Shown in pieces: positions 11,431 through 20,159 of a stretch of 64,000 nucleotides of DNA (its first letter is position 1; the number at the start of each line of letters is the position of its first letter). This stretch comes from a virus (Duplodnaviria; Caudoviricetes). The stretch is taken from positions 1 to 64,000 of the IMG/VR virus record IMGVR_UViG_3300026546_000001; one strand, written 5' to 3'. The translations under genes were made by a program, and so were the position numbers. The notes beneath the pieces were generated by a model. The model saw nothing but the letters and a program-made list of their open reading frames with translations. It did no database searches and was not told the origin of the DNA.

Positions 11431-12111
11431 ATGAAGAAGAAGAACACATCTATTAAAAAAGACGAACTTCAGCAAATTGTACTTACCGACCATCAAGTTA
11501 AATTATTTAAAACTATTAGGAACAATACTATAACATTTGTTCAAGGTCCTGCTGGAAGTGCTAAAACGTTTACTGCATGTTATACTGCATTATGGTTATT
11601 AACTGATAGAAAAATTGATAAAATTATTTTAGTAAAACCAATTCAAGAATCAGGTGGAGAACGATTAGGCTTTTTACCTGGTGACATGGATGAAAAAGTT
11701 AGACCATATTTAGAGTCATTTTATACTAATTTTGAAAAAATAATTGGTAAAGCATCAGTAGATTTTTTATTATCAACAGAAGAAATTGAATTTAAACCAT
11801 TAGCTTATATGCGTGGTGCTGGTTATGATAATGCATTAATATTTATTGATGAAGCACAAAACATGGATTATAAAGCAATTGCATTAGCAATTACGCGTTT
11901 AGGAAAAGATTCTAAAATGATAATTGCGGGTGATATTTCTCAATATGACATTAAGAAAAATGATGTAGCATTACCAAATTTTATAAAATTAATAGAAGAC
12001 GTTGATGGTGTTGCTAATTTTGAATTTACACGTGATGATATAATGAGAAATAAAATGCTAATAGAAATTACAGATCGTTATGAAAAATGGAAATACGATA
12101 ATAACTTATAA
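11431..12111 (+). CDS. phoH: PhoH family ATPase
   Basis: GPAGSAKT Walker A-like motif, LGFLPGDMDEKVRPY, PLAYMRG, IDEAQN, TRLG, GDISQYD. Confidence 0.95.
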   Translation: MKKKNTSIKKDELQQIVLTDHQVKLFKTIRNNTITFVQGPAGSAKTFTACYTALWLLTDRKIDKIILVKPIQESGGERLGFLPGDMDEKVRPYLESFYTNFEKIIGKASVDFLLSTEEIEFKPLAYMRGAGYDNALIFIDEAQNMDYKAIALAITRLGKDSKMIIAGDISQYDIKKNDVALPNFIKLIEDVDGVANFEFTRDDIMRNKMLIEITDRYEKWKYDNNL

Positions 12112-12678
12112 CGCAATATAATATAATATTTCATATCTATCAATATCGTTAATATTGTTAGTAATACTTAAAGGCAAATGTTTTAATTTGGCGTACATTA
12201 ATGCGTCAATAGATACAATATTATTTAATAATTTATATTTATTAATAATATTAATAAATTCTTCGTTTTTAATATTTTCAATAGTTAAATCTGTGTCTTG
12301 TAATAATTTTTTAGTTTTTTCTTCATCATTATTAATAATATTATTTAAATAATCATATAAATTAAATTTATTGTAATTATAAATCCATACTGCATCAATT
12401 GTTAACATATATGTTACCATAAATGCAATATTAAGTAATTCGTTACCTTTTATTATTTTATATTCAGATGAATTTGAAGTGAATTTTGATGACATTTTAA
12501 AAGTATCATCTAATAAAATGTTAACTTTTTTATTTTTAAAATATATACTAAGTGTCATACTATTATCATTGTTAGAAATTAACATTTTAGTATCTTCAAT
12601 TTTTTTAACTTTTAATTTAAATTCTGATATTAAATCAGATAAATAATCATTTTCATATATAAAATCATATTTTTCCAT
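12106..12678 (-). CDS. Hypothetical protein, paralog of 12680-13258
   Basis: Shares DLIxEFxLKV, FMxxxMLxIDxVWxYNYxK and LKxxPxS with its neighbour. Confidence 0.75.
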   Translation of the reverse strand: MEKYDFIYENDYLSDLISEFKLKVKKIEDTKMLISNNDNSMTLSIYFKNKKVNILLDDTFKMSSKFTSNSSEYKIIKGNELLNIAFMVTYMLTIDAVWIYNYNKFNLYDYLNNIINNDEEKTKKLLQDTDLTIENIKNEEFINIINKYKLLNNIVSIDALMYAKLKHLPLSITNNINDIDRYEILYYIAL

Positions 12679-12679
12679 A

Positions 12680-13258
12680 TTACATTAAAACATATTTTAA
12701 ATTAAGTATATCATTATCTGATAAACCTCGTTTAAGTGAAGTTGGTATATATTTTAATATTGTTAAATAATACAAATCTTCATTTATTAGATTTTTAAGT
12801 ATTGTATATTTATCAGCTGCATTTCCAAATGCGCCATGTTCAACATCATCAATAGATACAGTTGTATCTTTTAAAATTCTTTTTAATTTTTCAGGATCTT
12901 TTTCTTTCATTTCAATAAAAATACTATAATGAGGAAATTCATCAACAATTAACGTTTTATCATAATTATATCTCCACACTAAATCAATTGCTAACATTTC
13001 TGCAAACATAAAATGTGCATCATAATTTATTTCATTTTTTGTATTAGAATTTAATGAAGCAAATGAACTTGTTGCGTTATATTTAGTATTAATAAATACG
13101 TCTGTTCTATTAAGTTTAAAATTTAATATAATTTTAACATTTTCATCATTAATTAACTTAAGAATATTATTGTTATAATTTTCTACTTTTAAATTAAATT
13201 CATAAATTAAATCTTTATAATATTTATTATTCTTAAAATTATTCATAAATTTTAACAA
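12680..13258 (-). CDS. Hypothetical protein, paralog of 12106-12678
   Basis: Same shared motifs; start codon uncertain (TTG vs a downstream ATG). Confidence 0.75.
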   Translation of the reverse strand: MLKFMNNFKNNKYYKDLIYEFNLKVENYNNNILKLINDENVKIILNFKLNRTDVFINTKYNATSSFASLNSNTKNEINYDAHFMFAEMLAIDLVWRYNYDKTLIVDEFPHYSIFIEMKEKDPEKLKRILKDTTVSIDDVEHGAFGNAADKYTILKNLINEDLYYLTILKYIPTSLKRGLSDNDILNLKYVLM

Positions 13259-13263
13259 TTTAA

Positions 13264-13788
13264 TTATATATTAAAATTATATAACATATTATCAGCTTTA
13301 CTAAATAGTTCTAATTTATGATATAATGAACTAGATTCTATTTCACGTTTAATTGGATGATTTTTGCGCATTTTTGGTAAATCATGATGAAATTTCATAT
13401 GATATTTAACTAAAAATTTAACATTATCTGGATTTGCACCAAACCACCATATCCAATCTCTATATTTATCAACCATTTCAGCACCAAATTCTGGATGTTT
13501 AGGCGCAGTTGGCCAACCTTCTTTAGAATTTCCAATATTCATTGCAAGTTTTCCAATATCATGAAAAATTGCAGCCATCACTAAATCTGGATCATCAGTT
13601 TTTAATAATCGTTCAGTTACAATTCGTACATGTTCAAATGCATTTTCTTCAGGATGATAATCTGGACGTTCTCTTAATTTTTTTAATCCATATAATAAAT
13701 GACGCACTTCATCTGGAAGATGTTTAAGAATATCTTCAAATGTATTATATCTTAAATTACTTTCACCAAAATATTTTAAATGTTTCAT
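13264..13788 (-). CDS. HD-domain phosphohydrolase resembling the HD domain of CCA-adding/poly(A) polymerase proteins
   Basis: YHPEENAFEHV...AAIFHDIGK...HPEFGA...LVKYHM...KAD; N-terminus MKHLKYFGE. Confidence 0.8.
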   Translation of the reverse strand: MKHLKYFGESNLRYNTFEDILKHLPDEVRHLLYGLKKLRERPDYHPEENAFEHVRIVTERLLKTDDPDLVMAAIFHDIGKLAMNIGNSKEGWPTAPKHPEFGAEMVDKYRDWIWWFGANPDNVKFLVKYHMKFHHDLPKMRKNHPIKREIESSSLYHKLELFSKADNMLYNFNI

Positions 13789-13861
13789 GTTTTATATATT
13801 TTTTATAAATATAATAAACATTTTTAAATTAAAAATCTATAAAATATAAATAATTATAAAA

Positions 13862-14158
13862 ATGTCTCAGAGATGGAATTCTAGACGTTTAACACCTCCT
13901 CCAAAAAATATAACTAATTTTGAAAATAGTATTGCAAATAAATTACAAAATTCAAAATTAATAGAACGTAGTTCTTCGATGACATTATATGAAATACAAA
14001 CTGAATTTATTAGTATTTTAAATGATAAAACAACATATGTTGCTGAAAAAACAAAAATAAAATACATTAATCAATGTGAAAGTATAAAAAATATAACACA
14101 AATGTATTATTTTTTAACAAATTTACTTTTAAAATCTGATGGTTTAGGAATTAACTGA
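13862..14158 (+). CDS. Hypothetical protein
   Basis: ORF track; upstream TAAAC-N18-TATAA motif. Confidence 0.65.
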   Translation: MSQRWNSRRLTPPPKNITNFENSIANKLQNSKLIERSSSMTLYEIQTEFISILNDKTTYVAEKTKIKYINQCESIKNITQMYYFLTNLLLKSDGLGIN

Positions 14159-14389
14159 ATTTATAAAATCTTTAAATGACAATATAATTGATTCGTTTTT
14201 AACTTTTTGTGGAAGTTTTTTTATTTTAGTTTTAGCAAAATCCTTTAAATCTTTTAATTTCATGGAATCAGCTAATTTTTTAATTGTTTTAAAATATTTA
14301 GGATTTATATCTTTCTTTTTTAATTTACCTTTTCTATATGCATATGCTTGTCCCATTAAACGTTGTTGGCTTTTAGATTTACTTGGCAT
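14144..14389 (-). CDS. Small basic protein, DUF3008-like
   Basis: MPSKSKSQQRLMGQAYAYRKG...SMKLKDLKDFAKTK..KLP resembles the DUF3008 pattern (MPAKSKAQQ...MxxKELxxFAxT). Confidence 0.65.
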   Translation of the reverse strand: MPSKSKSQQRLMGQAYAYRKGKLKKKDINPKYFKTIKKLADSMKLKDLKDFAKTKIKKLPQKVKNESIILSFKDFINSVNS

Positions 14390-14439
14390 ATTATAATATA
14401 ATATTTTAATTTATATATAATTAAAAATTATAATTAATC

Positions 14440-14730
14440 ATGAAAAATATTAAAAGTTTTAAAATGTTTGAAGCTTTAGATGAAAATAAAAAACAAGTTA
14501 TAATTGAAGTTATTAATAAATTAAAATCATTTAAACAATTTCCAGTTGACGCAGAAGAACTAGAAGAATTATCAAAAAAACTTAAAAATATAGGAATAAA
14601 ACCAGTTGATATTGATGCAGCTATTTATGATCCTAAAAAACAAAAACAATATTTAATAACTGGTCCATCTGCACCAGGCGGTGGAGGAAATGGCGCATTA
14701 AAAGACTTAACAAAAATGTTGAAAGGTTAA
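14440..14730 (+). CDS. Hypothetical protein with capsid-targeting-like N-terminus
   Basis: MKNIKSFKMFE. Confidence 0.7.
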   Translation: MKNIKSFKMFEALDENKKQVIIEVINKLKSFKQFPVDAEELEELSKKLKNIGIKPVDIDAAIYDPKKQKQYLITGPSAPGGGGNGALKDLTKMLKG

Positions 14731-16100
14731 AACCATTCAACATCTTTAAAACAAGATAAATCTTTTCCACCACCATATGAAATAGAACTTTGTAATGTTT
14801 CTTCTAAATATTTTAAATAATCTATTAAATACATATCTTTAAGTTCTAATAATTTATGTTTTCCTTCTATTCTATTTGATTTTTTGCCATTTCTTTCAGA
14901 CGCGCTTCCATAAAATTCTTTATATAATATATGATTATGTTCTATAGTTGCTCCTGGTGAATCAATAAAAGCAGACAACATACCACCTATCATAACCATA
15001 TTAGCACCCATGACAAGTGATTTTGTTATATCTGCAGGATTTTTAATACCACCATCTGCAATTATATCTTTTCTTGTTATTTTTGAACAACTTCTAATAA
15101 CTGATGCTTGTTTGTTTCTACTTCCAAATCCTGTAGTAGGATAAGTTGTGCATGCAGAATTATGCACAATTACACCTTCAATATTATATGACGCATCATC
15201 TTCAATTGTTAAATCTATTAATTCTCTATGTTCAAATATTTCTTTTTTATGTTCAATATTTATTAAATGAATATTATTCTTATAATATTGTATTAATAAA
15301 TGATCATTTTTTTTAAGATCAGCTGCTTCAATCCATTTTGCGTAACTATTTAGATTAAATAATGAAACATATTTTTGTTGATAATTATCAATTACATAAA
15401 ATTTATGATCAGACGTACATGGTGGTAAATCATTAATTTGTATTAATGGTTCTTTTGAAATAAATGCATGTTTTTGTTTTACTTTTTTATATCTATTTTT
15501 ATGTGTTTTAACTAAATCACCTATTTTAATATCTTTTAAAGATTTTTTAGAATCAATTGTATTTACTATTGCGTCTGAAACAAAACATCCTGGACCAATT
15601 CCAACTTTAATTGAATCTGCACCCCATTCATCTAAATCTATAGTTCCTTCTCGTGTTGAAACATTTCCAGCAATTACAAATGTATCTTCAAAATTGTCTT
15701 TTATGAATTTCAACATTCGTTCCATTTTTATTGCATGCCCATGTGCAATGTCAATTGTAATATATTCGGGTTTAATGTTTTCTTTTAATAATTCATTTAA
15801 TTCATTATAACTTGAATCATTAACACCTACAGATATTGATGCAATTAAACCTTTTTCATGCATATCAGTTATAAATTTTTTATTATCTGTTCCAAATCTA
15901 TGCATTATATAAAAATATCCATTATCAGCTAATTTAACAGACAATTCTTCATTTATAACTGTTTCCATATTTGCAGGAACAACTGGCAATTTAAATGTAT
16001 AATTTCCAAATTTAACAGATGTATCACATTCAGATCTACTATTTACTATACATTTTCGTGGTATTAAATTAATATCATCATAATCAAAATATTCTTTCAT
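14727..16100 (-). CDS. guaC: GMP reductase (type 2, Bacillus GuaC-like) interrupted by a mini-intein
   Basis: FDYDDINLIPRKCIVNSRSECDTSV..FKLPVVPANM..GYFYIMHRF, ITIDIAHGH, VIAGNV, KVGIGPG, IIADGGI, EFYGSAS, LQSSISYGGG; 314 aa after removing the insert. Confidence 0.92.
   Translation of the reverse strand: MKEYFDYDDINLIPRKCIVNSRSECDTSVKFGNYTFKLPVVPANMETVINEELSVKLADNGYFYIMHRFGTDNKKFITDMHEKGLIASISVGVNDSSYNELNELLKENIKPEYITIDIAHGHAIKMERMLKFIKDNFEDTFVIAGNVSTREGTIDLDEWGADSIKVGIGPGCFVSDAIVNTIDSKKSLKDIKIGDLVKTHKNRYKKVKQKHAFISKEPLIQINDLPPCTSDHKFYVIDNYQQKYVSLFNLNSYAKWIEAADLKKNDHLLIQYYKNNIHLINIEHKKEIFEHRELIDLTIEDDASYNIEGVIVHNSACTTYPTTGFGSRNKQASVIRSCSKITRKDIIADGGIKNPADITKSLVMGANMVMIGGMLSAFIDSPGATIEHNHILYKEFYGSASERNGKKSNRIEGKHKLLELKDMYLIDYLKYLEETLQSSISYGGGKDLSCFKDVEWF
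15159..15587 (-). mobile_element. Mini-intein (143 aa, HINT only, no homing endonuclease) in GMP reductase
   Basis: Starts CFVSDAIV (block A), IKIGDLVKTH, CTSDHKFY (block B TxxH), IDLTIEDDASYNIEGVIVHN (blocks F/G), +1 Ser; removal restores GIGPG-SACTT. Confidence 0.93.
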
Positions 16101-16118
16101 TTTATTTGTTTTTATTTT

Positions 16119-16787
16119 TTAAGAAATATATTTAGCAAAATTTAATGCAGCTTGAAATGCATCATTTAAATTTTCTATTGTTTTACTTCCATGTTTTTTA
16201 AATGGTATTCGTTCACGAGTAGATTCTTTATTATCTAGAGGCATCCAATTTTCTTCAAAAATTTTATCGCCAAATTTAAATATAACAGCAGCTCTATGTG
16301 AATATCCACAATATCCAACAAGTTTATCATTTTCATAATATCCAAACACTTGAGGATGCGTAGTTGCTTTCATATTATTATTATATGCCATATATGCAAA
16401 TTCTATTCCAATATAATCTTCAAAATTTGTTGTATAATGAACTAATCCAGTGTCATTATTAAATTCTTCAATTGTAATTTCAATATCATCTCCTTCAACA
16501 TTTAGTTTAAATTGATTATCTACTCCTCGTTTAATATTAATAATATTACCATTTCTATCATAATATGATGTAACTAATTTTAAATTTGTTTTACGTTCAA
16601 TATCATATAAAATTTCTAAATTATAACGTTGATAATCATCAACTTTTATTCTAGATACTAATTTAGTAAAACCTAAATTTAAATGTATTTTATTAAATTC
16701 ATCTTTATAACTAGAATAATGTGGATAACGTTCAAATTTTAAATATACTTTTCCATTATAATATGTATGATTTTTAATTAAATTCAT
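16119..16787 (-). CDS. Hypothetical phage protein
   Basis: ORF track; C-terminal GYSHRA..FKFGD...AxNFAKYIS. Confidence 0.7.
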   Translation of the reverse strand: MNLIKNHTYYNGKVYLKFERYPHYSSYKDEFNKIHLNLGFTKLVSRIKVDDYQRYNLEILYDIERKTNLKLVTSYYDRNGNIINIKRGVDNQFKLNVEGDDIEITIEEFNNDTGLVHYTTNFEDYIGIEFAYMAYNNNMKATTHPQVFGYYENDKLVGYCGYSHRAAVIFKFGDKIFEENWMPLDNKESTRERIPFKKHGSKTIENLNDAFQAALNFAKYIS

Positions 16788-18362
16788 TTACAATCTAATT
16801 ATTTTTTCTTCATTTGGATATTGACGTCTATCATAAAATTTTTTGCGTTCTAAATAATGTTTATATAAATAATTTGGCATTCTTTTATAATTATTATCAA
16901 AAACATCAACAAGATCAAAAATCGTTGCTCTTTTTTTATCCTTATGTAATCTTAAAGATCTACCAATGGATTGAATTATTACTTGTTCACTTTTAAAACT
17001 ATCACACATTACAATATTAGTAATAGATTTAATTGATATACCAGTTGATAATGTTCCATATGATGCAACTAAAATTTTAGGTTTATCAGTAAGTTTCATA
17101 TATTCCTTTATAGCTGAACGTTTTTCACCATCAACGCCACCATCAATATAATAAATATCTTTTTCTATTAATCTATTACGACATTCTTCGTAAATACTTT
17201 TACCATATTCTATATTAAAAAATAAAACTAATGTATTGTGTTTAACATTTTGTAAAATTTTATCAACAATAAAATTCATTCGTTTTTTAGATTTTTGAAT
17301 ATATTGTTTTTCTAAATTTAATACTTCTCTACCTCTTCCAGATGATTTAATCATTGCTAATGATGATCTAAATTCATCATCTTGATGATTTAATATTAAC
17401 GCATTTATTTTCATTGGTGTTAATATTCCTTTTTTAGTTAATTCGACTGCACCAACTTCAGTAATTTTTGGTCCTGTAACAGATTGAATTGTTAAATATT
17501 CAACACTATTCTCATCTGGAAATGTCCCAGTCATACCATATCTTATTCTAACATGAAAACTATCCATAGTTTTTTCTAAAACACTTATTACAGTTTTTGC
17601 TTTTGCTGTATGTGCTTCATCAACGGCGACATAACTAAATTGATCAAAAAATTCTTTTTTATGTTTTTCTAAACTTTGGTATGTACCAATTACAATATTT
17701 GGATTTTCATGTTGTCTTGGTTTACTTGACATTATTTCTGTTAAACGTATATCACAAGGATTAGGATTATCTTTATTAAAACCTTCATTATAATCTATTA
17801 AATCATCATAAAATTGTTTTACTAATGATATACTTGGAACAATAAGTAAAAATTTAGCAGATGGATTAACATTACGTAAAATATAAAACAATAATGTTCC
17901 AAATACTAATGATTTACCACCACCTGTCGCAATCTCTACTCCACAGTATCTATATTTAAGTATTTTATACACAGTATCAATTTGATGATCATAGGGCATA
18001 AACGGAATGCCTTCTGGATGTTCTTTTAAAGGTAATTGATGATGTTTATAAAAATCTACACAAAAATCTTCAACTTGTTCATATGTAATTTTTTTATTGA
18101 TTGGAAAATCTTCTTTATTTTCTATTGTAAAACCAAAATTATTTATTTTACAACATTTTAAAACTTCTTTCCATAATCCAATATTTACGCGATTGTATTT
18201 AAAATGTGATATAGTACCATCCCACAAACCAAGTTTATATCGTTTTTGAAAAATATATCCTTTTACGTGTCTTGTTAAATACGTTTTTAATATATTAAAT
18301 TCAACTTCTGTTGAAGATGTTAAAACTAATGCTTCTCTTTTTTTATCTAACTTAAACTTCAC
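16788..18362 (-). CDS. uvsW: UvsW-like superfamily 2 DNA/RNA helicase
   Basis: RYKLGLWDGTI, ATGGGKS, IVPSISLVKQ, VDEAH, GMTGT, ASYGTLSTGISIK, QSIGRSLRLHKDK. Confidence 0.92.
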   Translation of the reverse strand: MKFKLDKKREALVLTSSTEVEFNILKTYLTRHVKGYIFQKRYKLGLWDGTISHFKYNRVNIGLWKEVLKCCKINNFGFTIENKEDFPINKKITYEQVEDFCVDFYKHHQLPLKEHPEGIPFMPYDHQIDTVYKILKYRYCGVEIATGGGKSLVFGTLLFYILRNVNPSAKFLLIVPSISLVKQFYDDLIDYNEGFNKDNPNPCDIRLTEIMSSKPRQHENPNIVIGTYQSLEKHKKEFFDQFSYVAVDEAHTAKAKTVISVLEKTMDSFHVRIRYGMTGTFPDENSVEYLTIQSVTGPKITEVGAVELTKKGILTPMKINALILNHQDDEFRSSLAMIKSSGRGREVLNLEKQYIQKSKKRMNFIVDKILQNVKHNTLVLFFNIEYGKSIYEECRNRLIEKDIYYIDGGVDGEKRSAIKEYMKLTDKPKILVASYGTLSTGISIKSITNIVMCDSFKSEQVIIQSIGRSLRLHKDKKRATIFDLVDVFDNNYKRMPNYLYKHYLERKKFYDRRQYPNEEKIIRL

Positions 18363-18467
18363 AATTATTTATATTAAGCATTTACTTATTATAAATAAAA
18401 TAATTATAAAGTTTAAAATACAAAGTATTATAAAAAATATATATACTTATAAAAATAAATTAATATT

Positions 18468-18812
18468 ATGGAAGAAGAAAAGAAAAAACATACCCGTAAA
18501 AAACAAACAACAAATAAGAAAAAAGTTGAAAAAGTTGAAGAACCTAAAGTTGAAAAAGTTGAAGAACCTAAAGTTGAAAAAGTTGAAGAACCTAAAGTTG
18601 AAAAAGTTGAAAAACCTAAAGTTGAAAAAGTTGAAGAACCTAAAATTGAAAAGGTTGAAAAACCTAAAGTTGAAGAAACTAATGTTATAGTAGATGAAAA
18701 AATAGAATTTGATATTGAAGAACATTATAAAAAAGCATCTGAAGAAATACCAACATTACATTCAAATAATATTGGTTTAACTTTAAGTAGAATGAAAAAA
18801 ATTAAAAAATAA
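18468..18812 (+). CDS. Low-complexity Lys/Glu/Pro repeat protein
   Basis: KVEKVEEP x6; upstream AATATATA motif; followed by a terminator hairpin. Confidence 0.7.
   Translation: MEEEKKKHTRKKQTTNKKKVEKVEEPKVEKVEEPKVEKVEEPKVEKVEKPKVEKVEEPKIEKVEKPKVEETNVIVDEKIEFDIEEHYKKASEEIPTLHSNNIGLTLSRMKKIKK
18522..18677 (+). repeat. 24-bp tandem repeat, 6 copies plus a partial copy
   Basis: Unit aaagttgaaaaagttgaagaacct. Confidence 0.92.
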
Positions 18813-18815
18813 AAT

Positions 18816-18844
18816 AAAAAGCTCGTTTTTAAACGAGCTTTTTT
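18816..18844. terminator. Bidirectional intrinsic terminator
   Basis: AAAAAGCTCGTTT-TT-AAACGAGCTTTTTT inverted repeat between convergent genes. Confidence 0.85.
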
Positions 18845-19346
18845 ATTGATCTATAATTTTATAAATTTCCAACCTATTTTTTATTGCCCAATTAACATTA
18901 TCGCAAGCAACTTTACATTCTCGTAAAAATTCAATATGTGATTCAAATAATTCTTTATTTCGTTGTAATTGAGCTAATTCACTTTCAATTAAAATATTTT
19001 TTTCAGATAAATTAGTTTTTAAACCAAATCCAGTTGCATAAAACATAAAACGGTCTGATTTTGCGTTTTTATAATCTATAATTTCTTTAGATAATTTATT
19101 CATAAAAAACGCAATTTCTTCAGTTAATTGTTGTCTGTACGATAAACATAAAGATTGTAATTCAATTAACTCCTTTGGTTGTGATTTTAATTTACCAAAT
19201 AATGGATTTAATTTATCATTCCAATTATCACGTTTTTCTTGTAAATATTCTTCATATTTTTCATTTAAATTATTTAATTTTTCAATCCAAGATTTATATT
19301 CAGCATGTGTACTATGTAATTTATCTAAATCTTTTAATATTTTCAT
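18843..19346 (-). CDS. uvsY: UvsY-like recombination mediator
   Basis: Helical protein ending HIEFLRE...NVNWAIKNRLEIYKI, like the UvsY C-terminus; lies close to uvsW as in T4-like phages. Confidence 0.6.
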   Translation of the reverse strand: MKILKDLDKLHSTHAEYKSWIEKLNNLNEKYEEYLQEKRDNWNDKLNPLFGKLKSQPKELIELQSLCLSYRQQLTEEIAFFMNKLSKEIIDYKNAKSDRFMFYATGFGLKTNLSEKNILIESELAQLQRNKELFESHIEFLRECKVACDNVNWAIKNRLEIYKIIDQ

Positions 19347-19402
19347 ATTACATTTTTATTGATTTATTATTTAAATAAAAAATATTTATAAAGTTTAATT
19401 TT

Positions 19403-20158
19403 TTAAGCTTTTTCATATACAACATCAAAATAATAATTAAATTTATAAAGTTGTGCATTTTCAGTTTGTTTATATAATATTGTTATTATATCATTAAATG
19501 TTGATTTTTTTAAATCATAATTAGTTACTAAAATATTTTTTTTATATTCAGTAATTCTATTCATTAATTCTTCTGTTGTTTCACCTGATTTTTCTTCAGG
19601 TATTATAGTACTTATATCATATTTTGCATCATATTGTAATGCAACATTACCAGTATTATCTAATTCACTAATTCTAAAATATCTAATATACAATAATATT
19701 GTTTTAAATCTTATTCTAGGAATTATATTATAATCAATATATTCATATATTGCTTTATCAATATCAAATAATTTAGTATCTTCATTTGAAATAAATTCAA
19801 ATGTTTTGTATCGTTTTAATTGCGCAAATATCCAGTCCTTAATAATTGATAATGCATCTATTTTTAATTCCCAAATCGTAAATTTATCAATATCGGATTT
19901 ACTTTGATTTGGATATATTTGTATAGAATGATTATTTTTCTTTAAATCAGTTGTATTTAAATTTTTAGTAATAACATCTATATTTACACCTTGTGTATTA
20001 TCTTCAGCTTGAATCCAAGATATTGAATTTTCATCAACATTCATAACATCTTCAAGTTCTAATATTTTAGATGCAAAAAAGTTGCGTTTTTCTTTCATAG
20101 ACATTGTACCACGTACAGATTCTTGCGTATATTCTTTTGTTATAAAACTTTTTTTCAT
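19403..20158 (-). CDS. Hypothetical protein, probably structural
   Basis: Starts 1 nt after the stop of the 2607-aa structural gene. Confidence 0.7.
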   Translation of the reverse strand: MKKSFITKEYTQESVRGTMSMKEKRNFFASKILELEDVMNVDENSISWIQAEDNTQGVNIDVITKNLNTTDLKKNNHSIQIYPNQSKSDIDKFTIWELKIDALSIIKDWIFAQLKRYKTFEFISNEDTKLFDIDKAIYEYIDYNIIPRIRFKTILLYIRYFRISELDNTGNVALQYDAKYDISTIIPEEKSGETTEELMNRITEYKKNILVTNYDLKKSTFNDIITILYKQTENAQLYKFNYYFDVVYEKA

Positions 20159-20159
20159 A

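Noticed and set aside
14727-16100. IMP dehydrogenase with a CBS insertion
   Set aside because: The N-terminus matches type 2 GMP reductase, and the insert has intein termini at the catalytic loop rather than at the CBS position.
18447-18725. Minus-strand Phe/Asn-rich ORF and CRISPR-like look of the 24-bp repeats
   Set aside because: Antisense shadow of the KVEKVEEP gene; no spacers.
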